A stretch of 64,000 nucleotides of DNA, from assembly GCF_009914755.1 (NCBI RefSeq), contig NC_060934.1. One strand, written 5' to 3'. Each line of letters opens with the position of its first letter. Positions within the stretch are counted from its first letter, which is position 1. A program made the translations under genes and the position numbers. Below, one piece after another: positions 55,956-64,000 of this stretch. The notes beneath the pieces were generated by a model that searched no databases, had not been told where the DNA came from, and saw nothing but the letters and a program-made list of their open reading frames with translations. The stretch comes from the human T2T-CHM13v2.0 reference genome, Homo sapiens.

Positions 55956-56277
55956 GAATCATCAAACCTGCGAGGCAAGCAGGGCGATGACGAGACACTT
56001 GTGTGATGATCCAGAAGAGGATCTGCAGTTTCCACAAACAGACTCGACCAGCTCCAAAACTGGCAAGGGTTGGTCCTACCTGCAGGACGGTTTGCCTGGT
56101 GCACATGCTTCTTGACTCTCCCCATCCTGAAAACTTTCCCTGAAATAATTTCTTCCTGCTTTTCTCTGTGGTCTGCAGGCTGAGCTCTTCTACATTTCCT
56201 GGGTCTCAATTTGTAGGACATTGTGTTTAACCTGTGTTTCCTTACTTCTGATTGGTGTTTCTCGTCTTGTGTCCTGA

Positions 56278-56621
<344 letters not shown>

Positions 56622-56837
56622 ACTGATGACAATTTTTAAGCAATAAAAGAAATCTGCTACTTCTTCTCACCTTCAACCACCCATGGCAATTTCAGTTCTG
56701 TTGGAGATTGAGTACCTCTTCTTGACGCTTGTTCTAGAATCAAGCTGATGTTTAAGTCTGGAGGCTTCACAAAAGTCCACAGAAGCTGAGAGATGACTAA
56801 GCACAATCCGACTTTCTAGGCACTCGAGCCTCCCTCT

Positions 56838-57110
56838 TGCTCATTCATTCAGCAATCGCATGCACTGAGCCCCAGCTGTGGGCCAGTCACAGTGCTCAGC
56901 CTGGGGCATAGTCATGACAATATCTGCCCTCCAAGTTGACAATCCATGGAGAGACCAACTATAAACATGAAAGTGCAGCAAGGAGAAGCAGGGGCTACTG
57001 TGAAAGGAGGAGGTGGCCAAACCTAGTCTGAAGATCAGAAAAGGTTTCTCACAAGAAGTGACATATTGGCAGCTGAGGCTTGAAGGGTGAACAGGAATTG
57101 GTCAGGCGAC
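56838..57110 (-). mobile_element. L2 3' fragment
   Basis: tcattcattcagcaa..tgccctccaag..gaagtgacat..gctgaggcttgaaggg. Confidence 0.7.
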
Positions 57111-57594
57111 TGTCTTATCATGCCCAGGTGTCCAGTCCCTGCATTTCCTGTGCTCCAGAGGACACACCCAATTTGACACCTCATCCTAGCTCTCCTTTCA
57201 CAGGAGATACTGCATTTCCCCTGGTCATCCCTCATTCCACCCCCCATAATGAAACATAGGTCTTTGTCTCACATTGTCTTGGTTCGTTTGTGAATATCAC
57301 TCATAGTCCAATCATCTGAGATCAACATTCTGACCCTACCATCTACAGTCTTTATGAATAAGTTGTCTTATTTCTTTTCTGAGTCATTTTTCTCATCCTG
57401 AAATATGGGGTCATTTATACCTTCCTACCTACTTCACAAAAATAAGAATAAATCAAATAATTGTGTTTTTGCTGCTGGATTATAAAAGGAGATTTTAAAG
57501 AAGTAGAATAGTTAAAAAAATATATGAGTTAAGCCAGCTGTCCCCAAAACACTTATCATCTCCTATGATGCTCTTTATATCATAACTATAGTCA

Positions 57595-57830
57595 TAATAA
57601 TAATAAAAGTTAATACTTTTATTGCTTATTTTGGTGTCTGTGCAGAGCAGACACCCTATAAATATTTTTTAATCACTTAATCTTCCCAACAAGTCTATAA
57701 GGTAGATATTAGTACTATTACTATTATTATTATTATCCTATTTTCAGATGGATATGAGGCAGAGAGAGGTTCAGTGATTTGTGTGCAATCAAGCAGCCAA
57801 GAAATGGTGGAACCAAGAGCAGCTGTGGGT
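57595..57830 (-). mobile_element. MIR
   Basis: cttaatcttcccaacaagtctataaggtagat..ttttcagatg..gaggcagagagaggtt. Confidence 0.75.
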
Positions 57831-58489
57831 GAGCACGTCGTGGCTATCCTCCCTTCCTTTCCTAACTCTCTGCTTCAACACCCCTCCCCTGATTCTGTCC
57901 CTGGTATTGTTTTCTGCAGTCTGCATTAAAAGCAACTTAGTCTGTTCTTTTCTTTATAGCACCACAACAGAGCTGACTTTTACATGCTGCAATCATCGCA
58001 AATTCCAAGCCGCTTCTTGAACAGGCAGTCACACAGAGTTACAGAATGTGACTGTTGCCCACTCTATCAGTGCTGGAAAGACTGATTCCATGGAGGGATA
58101 GAGAAAAGGCAGGTAAAATGAAAGCCTCCTGCCTAAAGTGTTAAATTTTCTTTTTAAAAACAATCAAAAAAAAAATTTCTGTCTATCTACAGACAACAGC
58201 ATGTGCATCCATCAGGGCACCTGACTCATTGCCTCTATTCCAAGGCAATTCCTGACTGGATTAGGTTCAAAAGAGCAGGTAGAGAAAATATGATACTATC
58301 AGAGAGCCTTGGGCCTTTTTGTTACCCTGGCAGGTTCTAGCTAGATTATCACCATCGGTGTTCCAGATAACAAGACACTCCTTTTCTCTGTTAAAGCTCA
58401 TGGGAGACTTTCTTTCAAACAGACAGGAAATTGAGAATCCTGGATAGTTACTCTCCAGCCCTCTTCCCTCCTGTCCCTGGCTTCTCATT

Positions 58490-58834
58490 CCAGAGAAGTT
58501 CCTGCCCCACATCCAGGAGGAAGAAATGCTGCTCAGAGGCCATATTAGAATCCAAACAGACCTTTCTGGGTTTACCTATTCAGTCTATTAGTGTTAGATC
58601 ACACCCTTTTTGTCCAGTCATATTTCTACATGGCTGTGCATACTTGGCTGAATGTAAGCATTAAAATGGACCATTTCCCCTGTCTCTTTGGCCCTTCATT
58701 CTGAAGGCTCCTATGTCATTTAACACTATGACCAAATAAATTTGTATGCCTTTTCTCCTATTAACCTGACTCTTGTTAGTGATTTTCAGCAAACCTACAG
58801 AGGCCTAAGGAAAAGCTTGCCCTTGGCCACTACA
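58490..58834 (+). mobile_element. MER34/MER39-family LTR 3' half
   Basis: attctgaaggctcc..aataaatttgtatgccttttctcc..cccttggccactaca. Confidence 0.75.
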
Positions 58835-59101
58835 TTACTCTCAGGCCAATTTATCCAACTCCTTCTAGGTAAACTAGAGATAACAATGCCTACTTTGTAG
58901 ATTTTCATGAGTTTTAAAAAACTTAACAAGACTTTATTTTCTTTCTATCTCTCTTTCTTCTACTTTGAGCCTTCAGTTTCTTTCTTTCCAGACTTACTAG
59001 AATTCATTTCAATTGAATTCTGGATGTTTGCAGAAGTCAGGTCATTTTCATAGGATGAAGATTTACCACTATTGAGTTACTTAATTTAAAAATACCACAG
59101 A

Positions 59102-59418
59102 TTTTGTTTGTTTGTTTGTTTGTTTGTTTGTTTTTGAGACAGGTTCTCGCTCTATCATCCAGGCTGGAGTGCTGTGACACTATCACTGTCTACTGCAGCC
59201 TCAACCTCCGAGACCCAAGTGATCCTCCCATCTCAGCCTCCCAAGTAGCTGGGACCACAGGCATGTGCCACCGCATCTGGCATTTTTTTAAATTATGTGT
59301 AGAAATGGGGTCTCCCTATGTTCTCCAGGCTGGTCTCCAACTCCTAAACTCAAGCAATCCTACCACCTCAGCCTCCCAAAAATGTGGGGATTACAGGTGT
59401 GAGCCACTGCGCCTGGCC
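59102..59418 (-). mobile_element. AluJ
   Basis: J diagnostics and a (TTTG)n tail; TSD-like cagatttt / gagatttt. Confidence 0.9.
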
Positions 59419-59667
59419 CCCAGAGATTTTTAAGGCAATTTTATAACACCATTTCTCAAAATATACTGAGCAGTAACATTTATTGAAAGGTGTCTAAAGA
59501 CTCTAAGGTGACTACTTTAAAAATAATAATAGGCCTTCTGTGAGTTCTGGTCTGTTGAAATAAAATTAGTTTCGATGCCTAATAGTAGTCAGTCATGCCA
59601 TTGTTAAGTACCTGCTCTCTTGAAGAAACAGTGCTGTGCCCTGTGAGAAGCACAAAAATGGATCTAA

Positions 59668-59937
59668 GAAAACCAAACACTGCATATTCTCACTTATAAG
59701 TGGGAGTTGAACAATGAGAACACATGGACACAGGGAGGGGAACATCACACACTGGGGCCTGTCAGGGGGTTAGGGGAAAGGGTAGGGAGACCATTAGGAC
59801 AAATACCTAAAGCAAGCAGGGCTTAAAACCTAGATGACGGGTTGATAGGTGCAGCAAACCACCATGGCACATATATAGCTATGTAACAAACCTGCATGTT
59901 CAGCACATGTATCCCAGAATTTAAAGTAAACTTTTAA
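59668..59937 (+). mobile_element. L1PA8-10-like 3' end
   Basis: 3' UTR ggacaaatacctaa..gggcttaaaacctagatgacggg; TSD aaaaatggatctaa / aaaaatggatccaa. Confidence 0.92.
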
Positions 59938-60069
59938 AAAAATGGATCCAATCCACTCTTTGCTTACCTACCTAAATGATAGATATATTTTGAGAGTTAA
60001 ATAATAAAATGGTGCATGTGAAACATTTTGTGATTATGTAAATAAATAGAGGAAGTAGTGGAAGTAGTA

Positions 60070-61120
60070 GTCAAGAATCTTTCAGTCAAAAATGACAAAT
60101 CCAATTGGCTTTAAGAAAAAAAAAGGGGATTTATTATCTCAAGCAATTAAAGTCCAGGAAGATTTAGCTTCAGGAATGGCCAGATCACAATGTTCAAGTG
60201 ATGTAATAATCTGTTTCTGTGTGTGTATATGTGTGTGTCTTACTGTGTGTGTTTCTGTGTGTGTATGTATATGTATATATATGTATGTGCGTCAACCTTT
60301 TCCAGCATTTTTCGTGTGTTGACTTCTTTTGCAGACCAGTCCTCTTTTGTGTTAATAAGAGCCTCAGATTTATGTCCTCACAGTTGAGCAACTGTGGTGG
60401 AAAGAGAGCCTGTCTTTTCCATTAGTTACAGCAAAAGTCCCAGATCGCATCTCATTAGTCTGGTATGGACCATGTGACCATCCATGAACTAATCACTAGG
60501 GCCCAGTAGATGAAATGCTATGATTGGTGAGGCAAGACTCATATGGCCTTCCCTGGAGTCAGCTTCATCTAATCACATGGACTAAAGTAGGAAAATTGGG
60601 GTGGTGTTTCCTGAAGAATTGGAAATTGATGCTGCACATGCAGAACAAAGTAGGTGTTAACGATAATATTAGAATGTGAGCACCAGAATAGCCCAAAGTT
60701 ACAGTGGCTTCAATAAAAATAGAAGTGCATTTCTCTTTCACATTCAAGAATCACAGTGGTAGTCAGATCAGAACTTCGAGAGGTAAAAGATCAGGCTCAA
60801 CTACACTGTGGGATTTCCATTCTAAAAATCACCTCGTAGTGCAAGATGGATGCTGTGGCTCCAGTGATTACATACTCATTCTACCCAGCAGACAGGAAGT
60901 AGTGTACAAAAAAATGCAGATCCTCCTGCCATTGGACCACTACCAGCTACATCCTACTGAGTAGAACATAGTCATGTGGTCACATCCATCTACAAAGGAT
61001 GCTAGAAAATATAGCCTTTATTCTGGGCAATCATGCACTCAACCAAAAATTGAGATTTAAAACCACTATTGAATAAGGAGAGGATGAATACTGAGGGAGA
61101 ACTAGAAGTCTTTACCACAC
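60070..61120 (-). mobile_element. Old MLT1 (J/K/L-like) LTR fragments with (TG)n at 60217-60291
   Basis: ctggctt/ggatttatt motifs, caagatggatgctg and gtcatgtggtcaca, ending ..taccaca. Confidence 0.55.
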
Positions 61121-62036
61121 AGATTTAAATATAGAATTATAATACAATATAAGTTAGTAAGTGCTAAGAAGACAAAATAAGATGGTGGGTTTTGCTTTAT
61201 ATTTCTGGAACACTAAGCAGTTGTAATTCTAATTAGTCTTCTGATAATACTGCCAAGTTAGGGCATCACTGACCCAGAAGAATACTAAATACTGATAAAA
61301 GTAAAATCATGGCAGCCAGAGACTTCAAACACATAACTTATATAGTTTTAGGCATTCACCAAAAACATAGTTTTGAGAATAATAATGAAATAATTTTCTA
61401 CACATTAGGAGTTTATCATTTCAGATCTTCAAATCATGTCACAAATAGTAACAATTAGTTTACATGATAACTCTGAGAATAATTGTAAGCAAATATTATC
61501 CCTGTTCTACCATTAAGGAATCAGAATCAAAGGCAAAACAACAAAATACTTAAGAATTCTACAAGTCTACAGAATAAAAGGAAGAGCTTTGTTTCAAAGA
61601 TTCCCATCTTTATGAATCCAGTCTACATTTCCAGATTCTTTTCTCAAAAATTCTCTTCCCAATGCAGCCAGTTTTTCAGTGTAACTATCCATTCATTCTG
61701 CACAGTCTTCAGGTTTTCACCTGAATCCTTTGATGCTGCTGGGCACACCAGGTGAAACTTCCTGAAAACATTTCTTCTTGTTAAAATTTCATCCTTCCTT
61801 TTATAATTGCAAACCCACTAAACAAACACATGATGGGCACACTGGGAGACAGAGAAATAATAACTAAAACTAAGCTCCCCTCTCAAAATAAGAATGCTCT
61901 CTCTGAACACTAAAATAATTGAAAAAAATCTAATCAAGCCAAAATATAAATGTAATCAATTTCTGTATCACTTGACAAAGACCAAAATAAGTATATTTAA
62001 TTGCTCATCAAAATAAATGCAAAACACATTATTCTA

Positions 62037-62330
62037 TTTATTTTGTTTTTTCTTGAGACATCACTTTATTGCCCAGGCTGGGGTGAAGTCATATGATTAT
62101 TGCTCACCGCAGCCTCAAATTCCTCAGCTCAAGTGATCCTCACCTCAGCCTCCTGAGTAGCTAGGACTATAGGTGCGAGCCATTGTGCCCACCTAATTTT
62201 TTTATTTTTTATAGAGACAGGGATATCACCATGCTGCCGAGTTTGGTCTCAAACTTCTGAGCTCAAGCAATCTTCCTGCCTCTGCCTCCCAAAGTGCTGA
62301 GATTACAGGAATGAGCCACTGTGCCCGGCT
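62037..62330 (-). mobile_element. AluJ
   Basis: J diagnostics; TSD core ttattcta. Confidence 0.88.
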
Positions 62331-62486
62331 TAAAAAGCGTTATTCTAAAAAGAACAACTACAGTGAGAGATTTATAACATAATCTCCTCAAAACTAATAG
62401 GACAAGCAGATAATAATAAATGAAGATATCAAATACTTGAACAATTAGTATTGGATATATGAAATTTATTTAAACATTAGGTTGGT

Positions 62487-62612
62487 ATGGAAAAATACCT
62501 AATGTAAATGATGAGTTGATGGGTGCAGCAAACCAACATGGTACATGTATACCTATGTATCAAGCCTGCAAGTTGTGCACATGTACCCTAGAACTTAAAG
62601 TATAATAAATAC
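62487..62612 (+). mobile_element. L1PA (6/7-like) 3' terminal stub
   Basis: aatacctaatgtaaatgatgagttgatgggtgcagcaaacc..gaacttaaagtataata; TSD core ttaggttggt. Confidence 0.9.
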
Positions 62613-62621
62613 ATATATATG

Positions 62622-62741
62622 TTAGGTTGGTGCAAAAGTAATTGCTATTTTTGCCCACTATTAAAGTTTAATATTAATTAAATTTCATATATCCAATTAC
62701 TTTTAATGGCAAAAACCACAATTACTTTTGCACCATCCTAA
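62622..62741. mobile_element. MADE1 (Hsmar1-derived MITE) with an enlarged spacer
   Basis: TIRs ttaggttggtgcaaaagtaattg / caattacttttgcaccatcctaa. Confidence 0.92.
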
Positions 62742-63299
62742 CATATTAGATATAGTAGATGATACACCTTTTGAATATACATGCAACATATATAAGAATG
62801 AACTATTTCAAGCCTTTACAATAATCTCAATAAATTCCAAATGACCAATATGTACTTCAAACTATTACTCAGACTATTATACAATAAGTTTATAAATTAA
62901 TACCAAAAATATAGCTATTGAGATGTAACAAATGTTTGAGAACTAAATAATATATGACCAAACAATCCATGGGCTAAGAGAAAAAAAAAAAAAACCTTAA
63001 AGAACATTAAGATCTATTTATAACTGAATGCAAACAAAACCCAGTTTATGTAAAATTTAGTTTGACATAGCTAAGGCAGCACTTGGGAAATTTATTGTTT
63101 ACATGGACTCACTAGGAATTAAGAAAGGTTAAAAATAAACATCTTTATTATTTCTCTCCTTCTTGCTTCTTTAGCTGTGTCTTATTACTTTTTTTCAACT
63201 CATTGAGTTGAATGCTGCACTTGAATGACCTGTAAACATATGAAAAAAGATGCTCAGCCTAATTAATATTCAGAGATTAGCAAATGAAAGCCATGAGAT

Positions 63300-63620
63300 A
63301 CAAGGCTGGTGTGTTACATGCATATGCATAGTCCAAGATAACTCAGTATCATATTTGCATTCCAGCTATCAGGAAAGAAAAAAAGTTAGGAAATGGAGGG
63401 GAAAGGCAAACCCCTTCCTTTTAAAAGGGTGTGGCCTGAAAGATGCAACATTAACATTCTCATTGACCAGAACTTGGTCATGACTACACCAAGCTTTCTG
63501 AGGATCCGGGAAATGTATACTTTATTGAAGGCTTCCATGTACCAAGATGAAAACTGGGGTTTCTATTACTGCAGAAGAAAAAAAGAATAGACATTGAATA
63601 GATAGCCAGCATACTCTAGC
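63300..63620 (-). mobile_element. Old MLT1 fragment
   Basis: ttctcattgaccagaacttggtcatgactacaccaagc. Confidence 0.5.
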
Positions 63621-64000
63621 ATGGGAGACACACTGAAGTAAATTTTTTTAACTCTCAGACTTTGATGGGGAAATCCAGCCCCTTTTTAATGTTCTCAGAT
63701 CGTTCATTTGGGTGTGGAAAGTTATCTGCTGCTCAAGATTTGAAAAAAATCTTGAAAATTTGAAAAATTTTTTCAAAAAAAAATTTGAAAAATAGGCCAA
63801 AACTAGGCTTGGAAAGAAAAAAAGTATGCATGCAAATATTTTTTCAGGAAAGTTGTGTTTATTCAGTCCAACATTTAATTACTTGAAGTTTTTTCAGCCT
63901 TCACCTTTTATGGAGCTTTTGAAGCAATGCTATCTGGGATGTTATTAAGCAGAACTGCTAGATAGTTCAAACCCTGAGGACTGATGGCAGCCAACGACTT

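Larger units (their letters stand above)
62345..63140 (+). mobile_element. Old L1M ORF2 endonuclease-region remnant, interrupted
   Basis: Degenerate similarity (gacaagcagat..aagatatc..acttgaacaa; atctcaataaattc; ccatgggct). Confidence 0.5.

Noticed and set aside
63735-63795. tttgaaaaa repeats as an array
   Set aside because: Low-complexity A/T slippage with no spacers

Overview
This is human genomic DNA, not prokaryotic. It is AT-rich and CpG-poor, with no CpG island. The species call rests on an AluYa5 copy (40187-40490) carrying all five Ya5 diagnostic bases. Roughly half the window is recognisable repeat: about 19 Alu/FLAM copies, 5'-truncated L1PA and older L1M fragments, solo LTRs (MLT1, THE1, LTR8, MER57, MER39/34, MER54-group), MIR/L2, MER5/MER30/MADE1 DNA transposons and microsatellites. 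I find no protein-coding gene, RNA gene, processed pseudogene or CRISPR array. The supplied ORFs are Alu-, L1-, LTR- or microsatellite-derived, or short chance ORFs. The window reads as intergenic or as the interior of a large intron. I do not see a new biological system. The most unusual structure is a set of local templated-copy scars. Two are ~200-250 bp segments copied from ~2 kb downstream and embedded in TA-rich microsatellites (6034-6279 from 8396-8639; 31426-31626 from 33367-33568). There are also several short inverted template-switch insertions, in an Alu, two L1s and a MADE1 hairpin. Other items are an Alu monomer with an inverted tail, an old L1 that keeps both ends but lacks ORF2, a tight inverted AluYa5/AluY pair, and weak candidate exons and enhancers. 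Repeat subfamily names come from remembered consensus sequences, and repeat boundaries and identity counts were read by eye. All need confirmation with RepeatMasker/Dfam and alignment.
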